Assembly: GCA_022827785.1 (NCBI GenBank)
Contig: JAJEIM010000006.1
Span: 15,842 to 79,841, forward strand
Reading direction: 5' to 3'
Length of the DNA: 64,000 bases
DNA from: Acidimicrobiia bacterium
GTDB lineage: Bacteria > Actinomycetota > Acidimicrobiia > Spongiisociales > Spongiisociaceae
The first letter of the stretch is position 1; every line of letters begins with the position of its first letter. Made by a program: the position numbers and the translations under genes. Shown here piece by piece: positions 46,772 to 58,504 of the stretch. The notes under the pieces were generated by a model that was not told the DNA's origin, did no database searches, and saw only the letters and a program-made list of their open reading frames with translations.

Positions 46772-47273
46772 AACCCCCGCCCACGCCGGAGGCGGTCTGA
46801 CCCGCCACGAGGTGGAGGACTATCTGGCGGGCCGCCCGCCTGTCGAGCTCAACCTGGTGCGGTCCCTCCTGCGCCGCGCCGTGGTCGTAGGCCCGCTCGC
46901 GGTGGTGATGGCCGGCCTCATCAGGGGTGTTGACGGCGCCGTAGCCGCCGCCATAGGGGTCGTCCTGGTGGTCGGCTACTACCTGCTGTCCGGGGCTCTG
47001 ATGTCCTGGTTGGCTAGGGTGTCGCTCGGGGCCTATCATGCCGGTGCCCTCTTCGGGTTCGTGGCGCGGCTCGGCCTGATAGTCGCAACGATGCTGGCGG
47101 TGGCGGCCCTCTTCGATGTGGATCGTCCGGCGCTCGGGCTGACCGTGATCGCGACCTACATGGTGCTGCTCCTATGGGAGGCGGGAGCGCGCGGGACCCG
47201 GCGAACCAGGAGATCCGGCGAAGAGTGGAAGGCCGGGAAGGCAAGCGGAAGGAGTGACCGGTCGCATGGGTGA
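46758..47273 (+). CDS. atpI: ATP synthase protein I-like membrane protein
   Basis: Hydrophobic protein of about 170 aa immediately upstream of atpB in the canonical position. The sequence itself is not diagnostic. Confidence 0.5.
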   Translation: MPVAETPAHAGGGLTRHEVEDYLAGRPPVELNLVRSLLRRAVVVGPLAVVMAGLIRGVDGAVAAAIGVVLVVGYYLLSGALMSWLARVSLGAYHAGALFGFVARLGLIVATMLAVAALFDVDRPALGLTVIATYMVLLLWEAGARGTRRTRRSGEEWKAGKASGRSDRSHG

Positions 47274-48090
47274 TGTGATGGTTCTGGCGATCGACTGTGA
47301 CCTCGAGGCCGAGGTCATATGCGCGCCCACCGACGTGAACAGTCTCTTCGAGTTCACCACGCCGCTGTTCTCGATAGGCGGGTTCCACTTCACCCGGACC
47401 GTCTTCCTGATCTTCGCCGCCATGGCCATCGTCCTGGGGCTCCTCTACTTCGGCCTGCGCCGCGGGCAACTGGTCCCCTCCAAGTACGAGCTGGCGATCG
47501 AGAGCCTGGTGGGGTTCGTCCGCGACGACATCGCCAAGGGCGTGATCGGACCGGTGCACGGGATGCGCTACTTCCCCTACCTCCTGTCGGTCTTCTTCTT
47601 CCTGCTGGTGGGCAACCTCTTCAAGGTCACACCTCTGGTGAACTTCCCGATCAGCTCGCGGATGGCCCTGTCCGGCTTCCTCGCCATCCTCACCTGGGTG
47701 ATCTTCGTGTTCGTGGGCTTCGCCAAGAACGGCTTCAAGCACTACTTCTTCGATGCCCTCTGGCCCAAGTCGGTCCCCATCGCTATGCGCTGGCTGGTCG
47801 GGCTCATCGAGATCGTCTCGACCTTTGTGCTCCGTCCCGTGACCCTGGCCGTGCGGCTGTTCGCCAACATGGTGGCCGGGCACCTCATGCTGACCCTGCT
47901 GCTCGTGTCGGGCCTGCTCTTCGTGGCCGGCGTGGGCGACATCGGCCTCAAGGCGGGTATCGGAGTCATCTGGTTCGCCTTCGGGCTGGCCATCTGGATC
48001 TTCGAGTTTGTGGTGGCGGTGCTCCAGGCCTACATCTTCACCCTGCTCTCCGCGGTCTACATCCAGACTTCGCTGGAGCCGGCCCACTGA
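47254..48090 (+). CDS. atpB: F0F1 ATP synthase subunit a
   Basis: Conserved Arg in LFANMVAGH, and five TM helices. Confidence 0.9.
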   Translation: MTGRMGDVMVLAIDCDLEAEVICAPTDVNSLFEFTTPLFSIGGFHFTRTVFLIFAAMAIVLGLLYFGLRRGQLVPSKYELAIESLVGFVRDDIAKGVIGPVHGMRYFPYLLSVFFFLLVGNLFKVTPLVNFPISSRMALSGFLAILTWVIFVFVGFAKNGFKHYFFDALWPKSVPIAMRWLVGLIEIVSTFVLRPVTLAVRLFANMVAGHLMLTLLLVSGLLFVAGVGDIGLKAGIGVIWFAFGLAIWIFEFVVAVLQAYIFTLLSAVYIQTSLEPAH

Positions 48091-48144
48091 CGGGTAGCGA
48101 GCCGGACACGTACGCAACGGCCTGAGGACAAAACGACGAAATAG

Positions 48145-48428
<284 letters not shown>

Positions 48429-48429
<1 letters not shown>

Positions 48430-49001
48430 TGGCGACCTCAAACAGGCGATACATGGCGGCGGCGCCCCTGGTGGTGGCCGCCGAGGAGTCGGGAAGCAGC
48501 GGTATCGACCTGCTGCGGCCCGAGATGTCGGAGTTGATAGCGGGTGTCATCGCCTTCGCCATCATCTTCTTCTTCGTGTGGAGATGGGTCGTGCCCACGC
48601 TGAGCGCCACCCTGGCCCGGCGCCAGGAGGCCGAGCGATCACGCCTAGAGGAGGCCGAGAGCACCAGGGAGGAGGCCGAGCAGCTGGCCTCCCAGTACCG
48701 CGAGCAGCTGGCCGGAGCCAAGGACGAGGGAGCTCGCATCGTCGACGAGGCCCGCCAAGCCGCCGAGTCGGTGCGTGCCGAGACGATCGCCCGAGCCCAG
48801 CAGGAAGCGGACGAGATCGTGTCCAGGGCTCGCGACGAGGCGGACGCCGAGACCGCTCGCGCCCTCGCAGAAGCGCGCTCCACGGTGGCCAACCTGTCGG
48901 TCGACCTGGCCGAGAAGGTGGTCGGGCGCAGTCTCGACCGGGAGGCCCAGATGGGCCTGGTAGAGGACTATCTCGATGAGTTGGAGTCGAGCACCAAGTG
49001 A
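48429..49001 (+). CDS. atpF: F0F1 ATP synthase subunit b
   Basis: Single N-terminal TM segment then a long charged coiled-coil rich in Ala/Glu/Arg. The start overlaps the atpE stop. Confidence 0.85.
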
Positions 49002-49035
49002 CCAACCTGCACACCGCCATTCCACAGGGTCGCTG

Positions 49036-49569
49036 ATGGCCGACGCACGGGTTCAGGGTTACGCCGCCGCCATTTTCGAGTTGTCCCGCAGCGAGGGTGT
49101 CCTGGAGCGCGTCGAGAACGAGCTGTTCCTGGTGGCCCGGGCACTGGAGGGTTCCGAGGACCTGAGGGAGGCGCTCAGCGACCGTCGCCTGCCGATGGAA
49201 CGCAAGCAGGCGGTGATCGACGACCTCCTGGCAGCCCGTGCCCACGGCCTGACCGTTGCCTTCGTGAGCTTCGCGGTGGGGCTGGGCCGGGGTGGAGACC
49301 TGGTGGCGATCGCCGACCAGTTCACGGCGCGATCGGCCGAGGCGCGCGACCGGGCGGTAGCGGAGGTACGGAGCGCGGTTCCGCTGGACGACGAAACAGT
49401 CGACCGTCTGGCCCGGGCCCTCGCCGAGCGAATCGGCAATCAAGTGGAGGTCCGCGTGGTGGTGGACGAGTCGGTTCTCGGTGGTCTGGTAGCCCGGGTG
49501 GGCGACACCGTGATCGACGGCTCCGTCCGCAAGCGCCTGGAACGGCTACGCGAAGCGGTGGCCGGATGA
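49036..49569 (+). CDS. atpH: F0F1 ATP synthase subunit delta
   Basis: OSCP/delta family N-terminus ([23 protein letters not shown]). It is a separate gene, not fused to b. Confidence 0.85.
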   Translation: MADARVQGYAAAIFELSRSEGVLERVENELFLVARALEGSEDLREALSDRRLPMERKQAVIDDLLAARAHGLTVAFVSFAVGLGRGGDLVAIADQFTARSAEARDRAVAEVRSAVPLDDETVDRLARALAERIGNQVEVRVVVDESVLGGLVARVGDTVIDGSVRKRLERLREAVAG

Positions 49570-49618
49570 CCGGGCTCACCCCCCACAACGTCAAGCGAGA
49601 TTCAGGAGTGGAGTATCG

Positions 49619-51151
49619 ATGGCTCAGCTGACCATTAGTCCCGATGACATAACCGCCGCGCTCCGGGAGCACGTGGAGAGCTGGTCTCCCAGCCTCGAGC
49701 AGGAGACCGTCGGTTACGTGACCTCGGTCGCCGACGGCGTGGCGCGGGTCTCCGGGCTCCCCAAGGCGGCCGCGTCAGAGCTGATGGAGTTCCCGGGGGG
49801 CCTGACCGGCGTGACCCTCAACCTCGACGAGGAGGACCTAGGCGTGGTCCTGATGGGCGACGCATCCCATATCGAGGAGGGCGACGCGGTCCGCCAGACC
49901 GGGCACGTCCTCTCCGTTCCCGTAGGCGACGGGCTGCTCGGCCGGGTGGTCGGCCCGCTGGGCGAGCCTCTCGACGGCAAGGGGGACATTCCCTGGACCG
50001 AGCGCCGTCTGCTGGAGACGCAGGCGCCGTCGGTGGTGCAACGGCAGCCCGTAACCGAGCCGCTCCAGACCGGCATCAAGGCCATCGACTCGATGACGCC
50101 GATCGGGCGCGGGCAGCGCCAGCTGATCATCGGCGACCGCCAGACCGGCAAGACCGCCATCGTGGTCGACACGATCATCAACCAGAAGCAGTTCCAGGGC
50201 ACTCCCGACGAGGTCAAGTGCATCTACGTGGCGATCGGTCAGAAGGCGTCGACGGTCGCCGAGGTGGTGGCGGCCCTCGAGGAGGCCGGCGCCATGGAGT
50301 ACACGGTGGTGGTGACGGCCGCGGCCTCGGAGCCTCCCGCCCTCCAGATGTACGCGCCCTATGCCGGTTCTGCCATCGGTCAGCACTGGATGTACAACGG
50401 GCAGCATGCCCTGGTCATCTTCGACGACCTGTCCAAGCAGGCGGTGGCATATCGCGAGATCTCCCTCCTCCTGAGGCGCCCGCCCGGACGTGAGGCCTTC
50501 CCCGGCGACGTCTTCTACCTGCACAGCCGGTTGCTGGAACGCTGCGCCAAGCTGTCGGACGAGATGGGCGGGGGATCCCTGACCGGCCTGCCGCTGATCG
50601 AGACCAAGGCCAACGACGTGTCGGCCTACATCCCGACCAACGTGATCTCGATCACCGACGGCCAGATCTTCCTGGAGACCGACCTGTTCTTCGCCGGGAT
50701 CCGCCCCGCCATGAACGCAGGTATCTCGGTGTCCCGGGTGGGAGGCAACGCCCAGATCAGCGCCATGAAGAAGGTCGCCGGAACCCTGCGGCTCAACCTG
50801 GCCCAGTACCGCGAGCTGGAGGCCTTCGCCGAGTTCGGCTCCGAGCTGGACGCCGTGTCGCTGGCCCAGCTGGAGCGGGGCCGCCGGGTGGTCGAGGTTC
50901 TCAAGCAGCCCCAGTTCGCCCCCGTTCCGGTCGAGGAGCAGGTGCTGGCCATCTACGCGGTCACCCAGGGCCTGTTCGACGACATCCCCGCCGAGGACAT
51001 CTCGAGAGCCGAGGGGGAGCTGCGGGAGTTCGTGCGGGTGAGGCACTCCCACCTGCTCGACACCATCAAGCGCACCGGCAAGCTGCCGGAGGGCAGCGCG
51101 CTGGAAGACGCCATCTCGGCCTTCAAGGACTCCTTCGGGGGAGGGGAGTAG
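49619..51151 (+). CDS. atpA: F0F1 ATP synthase subunit alpha
   Basis: Walker A GDRQTGKT, and blocks [30 protein letters not shown] and [11 protein letters not shown]. Confidence 0.95.
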   Translation: MAQLTISPDDITAALREHVESWSPSLEQETVGYVTSVADGVARVSGLPKAAASELMEFPGGLTGVTLNLDEEDLGVVLMGDASHIEEGDAVRQTGHVLSVPVGDGLLGRVVGPLGEPLDGKGDIPWTERRLLETQAPSVVQRQPVTEPLQTGIKAIDSMTPIGRGQRQLIIGDRQTGKTAIVVDTIINQKQFQGTPDEVKCIYVAIGQKASTVAEVVAALEEAGAMEYTVVVTAAASEPPALQMYAPYAGSAIGQHWMYNGQHALVIFDDLSKQAVAYREISLLLRRPPGREAFPGDVFYLHSRLLERCAKLSDEMGGGSLTGLPLIETKANDVSAYIPTNVISITDGQIFLETDLFFAGIRPAMNAGISVSRVGGNAQISAMKKVAGTLRLNLAQYRELEAFAEFGSELDAVSLAQLERGRRVVEVLKQPQFAPVPVEEQVLAIYAVTQGLFDDIPAEDISRAEGELREFVRVRHSHLLDTIKRTGKLPEGSALEDAISAFKDSFGGGE

Positions 51152-51160
51152 CGCCCCGAA

Positions 51161-53488
<2,328 letters not shown>

Positions 53489-53489
<1 letters not shown>

Positions 53490-53764
53490 TGGTCGTCGCC
53501 TCGACCTCCATGAGGGTCGACGTGGTCTCACCCGAGGCCGTGTTGTGGTCCGGCGAGGCCGAGTTCGTGGTCGCCAGGACGGTGGACGGGGAGATCGGGA
53601 TCCTCGCCAACCACGAGCCCCTGATGGCGGCTCTCGCCACCGGCACGGTGAACATCCAGGCGGGGGAGGACCGGATCAGGGCAACGGTGGGCGGCGGCTT
53701 CCTCCAGATCCTGAACAACGCCGTCACCCTCTTGGTCGACGAGGCAACCCTGGAAGAGGACTGA
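53489..53764 (+). CDS. atpC: F0F1 ATP synthase subunit epsilon
   Basis: MRVDVVSPEAVLWSGEAEFVVARTVDGEIGIL is the epsilon beta-sandwich. GTG at 53489 overlaps the atpD stop (TAGTG). An alternative ATG lies at 53510. Confidence 0.85.
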
Positions 53765-53820
53765 CCGCATCCGGTGAGACTCGCGCACAAGAGAGTTTCC
53801 CGACGGATCGCGCCGCTCGG

Positions 53821-54915
53821 ATGACCAGGTTCCCGGAGATCAGCGATGAGCGGCGCATGGAGATGCTCGCGCCGCAGCCCGGCCGGGCTCGGGTGGTTAT
53901 CGACACCGATGCGGCGAACGAGGTTGATGACCAGTTCGCCATAACGTGGGGGCTGCTGTCGCCGGAGCGGTTGGACATCGAAGCCATCGTGGCCGCGCCG
54001 TTCTCGCGGGCTTATTTCAGGGAGCCGCTCCTGGCTGCGGCCCGGGCGAACGTAGAGGACTCGACCGCAGGCGAGGTCGATGACATCGCGGCCTGGTTGC
54101 ATAGGCTGAGGGCTGCTGGAATCGAGCCCGAGGATGTCGAGTTCGAGACGACGGCCGAAGGGATGGAGCTGTCCTTCGCCGAGATTGGCACCCTCATGAG
54201 GTGTCTGGGCATGTCATCGGACGGGGTTGCTTTCCGTGGCGCTAGCCGGTTCATGGAAACACCCGACGACATCGTGGACAGCGAGGGCGCCCGGCGGATC
54301 ATCGAAGCCGCCATGGCGGAGGACGACCGCCTGTTGCATGTGGTGGCGATCGGGGCTCTCACCAACATTGCCGCGGCCTTGCTGATGGAGCCGGAGGTCA
54401 TCACCCGGATGGTGGTGTCGTGGACGTCCGGCTACCCGACGTTCGTGAGGTTCAGCAACTCGCCCTCGATGAACCTGGTGCAGGACCAGCACGCCTCCCG
54501 CCTGCTCTTCGACTCGGGCGTACCGCTCCTGTACCTGCCGGGCTACTACATCGGCGAGCAACTCGTGATGTCGCTGCCGGAGTCGGAGCGTTGGGTTGAT
54601 GGTCGCGGAGAGATCGGCAGTTACCTCCACTACCTGTACACGCACAACCGCCTCCGGACCCAGCGGCTCGTCGAGCCCTTCCCGGGCCAGTCCTGGGTGT
54701 GCTGGGACTTCATCAACTTCGCTTGGCTGATCGATCCTACGTGGGTGCCAACCGCTTTCGTACCCACCCCCACCCTGGACGAAGAACTCAAGTGGCGGCA
54801 CCTTCCCGGCCGGCCGCTGATGAGCGAGGGCACGGATATCGACAGGGACGCGGTATACCGTGACTTCTTCCGCAAGCTCGACCACCACAGCAGGGCGGCG
54901 GGCAACCCTCCTTAA
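53821..54915 (+). CDS. nucleoside hydrolase family protein (IU-nucleoside hydrolase-like)
   Basis: N-terminal aspartate cluster VVIDTDAANEVDDQFAI, a variant of the DxDxxxDD calcium-binding motif. About 364 aa. The upstream part of the 456-aa track ORF is out of frame with atpC and is rejected. Confidence 0.7.
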   Translation: MTRFPEISDERRMEMLAPQPGRARVVIDTDAANEVDDQFAITWGLLSPERLDIEAIVAAPFSRAYFREPLLAAARANVEDSTAGEVDDIAAWLHRLRAAGIEPEDVEFETTAEGMELSFAEIGTLMRCLGMSSDGVAFRGASRFMETPDDIVDSEGARRIIEAAMAEDDRLLHVVAIGALTNIAAALLMEPEVITRMVVSWTSGYPTFVRFSNSPSMNLVQDQHASRLLFDSGVPLLYLPGYYIGEQLVMSLPESERWVDGRGEIGSYLHYLYTHNRLRTQRLVEPFPGQSWVCWDFINFAWLIDPTWVPTAFVPTPTLDEELKWRHLPGRPLMSEGTDIDRDAVYRDFFRKLDHHSRAAGNPP

Positions 54916-55038
54916 GCGGCCGCCTCGGCACCGTCGGCTACGACGTGCTGCGAGACGGACTTTGGACGGGCAGCGGCCCAGACCCTGACTTGGCGGAGCG
55001 GCCGGGCGAAGTCGAGTGCGGATAGTGTGGAGTAAACC

Positions 55039-55278
55039 ATGCGATTACACCTTGACCTGGATGACGAATTGGTCGCGGCACTCGACAGGCGAGCGGAGCA
55101 GCGGAGTCGGAGTGCTCTCATCGCCGAGTTGATCAGACGCGGTCTGGATGATGAGTGTCGGTGGGACGACATCGAAGCATCCTTGGGGGCTATCTCGGAC
55201 ACCGGCCACGAGTGGGACGAGGATCCCGCGGACTGGGTCCGGACGCAGCGAAGGGATGACTGTCGGCGGTCCGGCTGA
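55039..55278 (+). CDS. ribbon-helix-helix (CopG/Arc-type) small DNA-binding protein, antitoxin-like
   Basis: MRLHLDLDDELVAALDRRAEQRSRSALIAELIRR is the RHH beta-strand plus two-helix pattern. GGAG lies 8 nt upstream of the ATG. The downstream gene starts 12 nt after the stop. Confidence 0.6.
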   Translation: MRLHLDLDDELVAALDRRAEQRSRSALIAELIRRGLDDECRWDDIEASLGAISDTGHEWDEDPADWVRTQRRDDCRRSG

Positions 55279-55290
55279 GCATGACGCGGC

Positions 55291-55896
55291 ATGAACGAGG
55301 CTGATCCGGATCGCGTGGGCAGTCCTGATCTTTTGTCCATCGGGCACTCGACCCATCCGATCGAGGTCTTCGTGGAACTCCTGCGAGGACAAGCGGTGGA
55401 GTCGGTGGCCGATGTGCGGACCACGCCGTTCTCGCGCTTCAACCCTCAGTTCAATCGGCAATCCCTGGAGCGAGACCTGCACGCCTCCAGTATCCGGTAC
55501 TTGTTTCTGGGGGAAGAGCTCGGCGGGAGGCCTGACGGGGACCGTTTCTACGATCACGAGGGGCGTGTGCTCTACGGACGGATGGCGGAGAGCCGAAGGT
55601 TCGAATCCGGCTTGAGCCGGCTGGCGCAGCGGGCGGAGCGCTCCCGGGTGGCCGTCATGTGTAGCGAGGAGAACCCGGCCGGCTGCCATCGCTTCCTGCT
55701 CGTTACGCGGGTCTTGCACGATCAAGGTATCGAGGTCACCCATATTCGTGGTGACGGCTCAACGCAGCGAACTGAGGATGTGGACGGCTTCCAAGCTTGG
55801 TCGGATCCTGTCTACGAGGACGTGTCGCTGCTCGACGGGTCGGTGAGCAGTTCATGGAGATCCACCCGGCCGGGGCCGCGTGGAGGCAGTCGGTAA
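55291..55896 (+). CDS. DUF488 family protein
   Basis: DUF488 N-terminal block LLSIGHSTHPIEVFVELL...VADVRTTPFSRFNPQF...IRYLFLGEELGGR, and C-terminal block CSEENPAGCHR. Confidence 0.65.
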   Translation: MNEADPDRVGSPDLLSIGHSTHPIEVFVELLRGQAVESVADVRTTPFSRFNPQFNRQSLERDLHASSIRYLFLGEELGGRPDGDRFYDHEGRVLYGRMAESRRFESGLSRLAQRAERSRVAVMCSEENPAGCHRFLLVTRVLHDQGIEVTHIRGDGSTQRTEDVDGFQAWSDPVYEDVSLLDGSVSSSWRSTRPGPRGGSR

Positions 55897-55970
55897 GGCT
55901 TCGCCCGCAGCCCTGCGTCGCCACCGGATCGGGCATCCCGACCACCCAGCGGAAGCGAACCCTATGTTGC

Positions 55971-56693
55971 CTACCCGCGGGCGGACACGTGCGCCGCCAC
56001 GCCGAAGTGGTCCGACAGCTTGTTACCTTCGCGGAAGTTGCTGATTGAGGACACGGACTCGACGGCCATATCAGCGCTCAGAGCGATGTGGTCAATGGAG
56101 GAGCGTCCATCGAAGGCGATGTCCGACGTCACGATCCGCATACCCGGCGGAAACGCTTCCTGCAGGGCGCGCCGGAGTTCAGCACGCGCCCGGCCCGCTG
56201 GTCCGATCGCCTGGTTGAAGTCACCGATCACGATGACCCGCTCCGCCGGCAACCCTGCGAGCACTTGGCGGAGACCGTCCAGATAGCTTTCATGGTCTTC
56301 CCAGGGCTTCTTGCGCGCGTCGCCGCGCCGGGCCTCGGTCCGTGACCCGAACCAGGGGATGCAGACCCCGAAGACCGTGACGTCGCCGGGCGGCGTCTGG
56401 GTGACCCCGGACACGAACCGTCCGGGCGGGAGGGCATCGATCCCCAGATCATCGACTTCCCGCCAGGGCTGTTTCGACCAGAGCACGACCTTACGGCGAC
56501 CCTTCTTGATCCCATAACCGGAGTCGGGTCGGGAGCAGATCCTGTAGCCGCGTTGGGACAGCAGGTCGCGGTGCGTCTCGGTCAGGCAGATCACGTCAGG
56601 CGCGTGCCGATCGATGCGTCTCAGGAGATGCGGGGTGCGCCGCGAGCGGGGCGTCGCCCACTCGACGTTCCATGTGATGATCGAGAGCGACAC
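55971..56693 (-). CDS. endonuclease/exonuclease/phosphatase (EEP) family protein
   Basis: EEP catalytic blocks ITWNVEW, DVICLTET, VIGDFN and SDH. Confidence 0.8.
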   Translation of the reverse strand: MSLSIITWNVEWATPRSRRTPHLLRRIDRHAPDVICLTETHRDLLSQRGYRICSRPDSGYGIKKGRRKVVLWSKQPWREVDDLGIDALPPGRFVSGVTQTPPGDVTVFGVCIPWFGSRTEARRGDARKKPWEDHESYLDGLRQVLAGLPAERVIVIGDFNQAIGPAGRARAELRRALQEAFPPGMRIVTSDIAFDGRSSIDHIALSADMAVESVSSISNFREGNKLSDHFGVAAHVSARG

Positions 56694-56876
56694 TAACGGG
56701 CTCCACGGGCGACGAGTCCTTGCACCACTCGAATCGTAACGCCGGGTCCCTTGTCTGCGCGCAAGGGTCCATCGGCCTTCCAGACCGGTGTCTGGCTAGA
56801 AGCTGCGCAGCCGTAGACTTTGCTGTGAGCACCGACGAGGGGCGGTGCTTGGCCTGACCGCCGTAAGGAGGATCCG

Positions 56877-58337
56877 TTGGCACGGGTGCTGGTCTTGGGC
56901 GCCTCGGGTTATGTGGGGAGCCATCTGATCCCGCGATTGGTGGAGCGGGGACACGAGGTCCGTGCTGCTGGGCGCCGGCCGGAGGCTCTGGCGGCCCGCA
57001 GGTGGAAGGGCGTCGAGACGGTTGGCGCCGACGCTCTCGATCCCGAGTCGCTGGCTCAGGCCTTCGAAGGGATCGAACTCGTCTACTACCTGATCCACTC
57101 GATGGCATCGGGGAAGGACTCTCCGGAGCTGGACCGTCGGGCGGCGACCCATGTTCGGGATGCTGCCGCGACCGCCGGGGTGGGTCGCATCATCTATCTG
57201 GGCGGGCTGCAGCCGCGGGAGGCGGCCTCGGCACATCTCGACTCCCGGCGGGAGACGGGCGAGGTATTGCGATCGGGTTCCGTGCCGGTGACCGAGATCC
57301 GAGCCGGGATCGTAGTGGGGCCGGGCTCGGCCGCTTTCGAGGTCATCCGCGACCTCGTCTACCACCTACCGGTGATGGTGACGCCTAGGTGGGTCGACTC
57401 CCGGACCCAGCCGATCGCTTTGGATGACCTCATCGAGTACCTCCTCCGGCTTTCGGAGACGGAAGGGTTAGAAAGTCCGATCCACGATGTCGGAGGCCCC
57501 GAGGCGTTGCGCTACCGGGACATGCTCACCGGCTTCGCCAAGGTGATCGGCAAGGGGCTCCTGATCGTGCCGGTACCCGTCCTCACGCCTCGCCTCTCCT
57601 CCTACTGGCTCAACCTGGTCACCGCCGTGCCGGCGAGTGTTGCCAGGCCGCTGATAGACGGTCTCCGACACGACCTGGTGATCGATCCCGACGCCGACCT
57701 GGCCACCTCGATTCCTCTACCTCTCCACACCTATGAGGAAGCGGTGCGGGCGGCCCTCGAAGCTGAGCACGACACCGAGATGCCGGCCCGCTGGACGGAA
57801 GGCTCGTTCGCGATGCGGGACTATCGCTCGGACGTCTCCTTCTACAGCCGCGGCGAACGGGTCGAGCGCCTGTGCGAAGCGGAACCGGAGATGGTCTGGG
57901 AGGTCGTGTCGTCGATCGGGGGGACGAACGGCTGGTATTACGCCAACCCGTTGTGGAACCTGCGGGGCATCCTGGACCGCATGGTCGGCGGAGTCGGTAG
58001 GCGCCGGGGTCGCCGCCATCCGACCAGGTTGCGAGTGGGTGATGCGGTCGACTTCTGGCGGGTGGCGGCCATCGAGCCGGGTCGTCGCCTGACCCTCCTG
58101 GCGGAGATGCGCCTTCCCGGAACGGCGGTCCTCGAGTTCGAGGTGCTTCCCGAGGAGGACGGATCCCGCATTGTCACAGCCGCCCACTTCCACCCGGCGG
58201 GTGCGCTGGGACTCCTCTACTGGTACGCGCTTTGGCCCATCCACAAGCGCATATTCGCCGGCCTGGCCGATGCCGTGGTCGATCGCTCGCTGGACCGGAT
58301 GCCCCCGCGGGTACGGGTGGTGCCCCACAGCAACTAG
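56877..58337 (+). CDS. NAD(P)-binding (NmrA/SDR-like) protein with C-terminal DUF2867 domain
   Basis: VLVLGASGYVGSHL is the Rossmann motif. About 250 aa of C-terminal DUF2867-type sequence follow. Confidence 0.7.
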   Translation: MARVLVLGASGYVGSHLIPRLVERGHEVRAAGRRPEALAARRWKGVETVGADALDPESLAQAFEGIELVYYLIHSMASGKDSPELDRRAATHVRDAAATAGVGRIIYLGGLQPREAASAHLDSRRETGEVLRSGSVPVTEIRAGIVVGPGSAAFEVIRDLVYHLPVMVTPRWVDSRTQPIALDDLIEYLLRLSETEGLESPIHDVGGPEALRYRDMLTGFAKVIGKGLLIVPVPVLTPRLSSYWLNLVTAVPASVARPLIDGLRHDLVIDPDADLATSIPLPLHTYEEAVRAALEAEHDTEMPARWTEGSFAMRDYRSDVSFYSRGERVERLCEAEPEMVWEVVSSIGGTNGWYYANPLWNLRGILDRMVGGVGRRRGRRHPTRLRVGDAVDFWRVAAIEPGRRLTLLAEMRLPGTAVLEFEVLPEEDGSRIVTAAHFHPAGALGLLYWYALWPIHKRIFAGLADAVVDRSLDRMPPRVRVVPHSN

Positions 58338-58504
58338 CCGGACTGCGGCCCGGAAGAAGCTGGCCGCGATCCGGATCACGATCTCCTCGCGAGACTGTCG
58401 ATGAACGCGAATGTGTCGGTGGTGGGTGATAAGTTCGCCTCTGTGGAGGACCAGCACCGGACACACGCTCTGAACAGATCGGGTAGGACGGAATCGTCTG
58501 TGGA

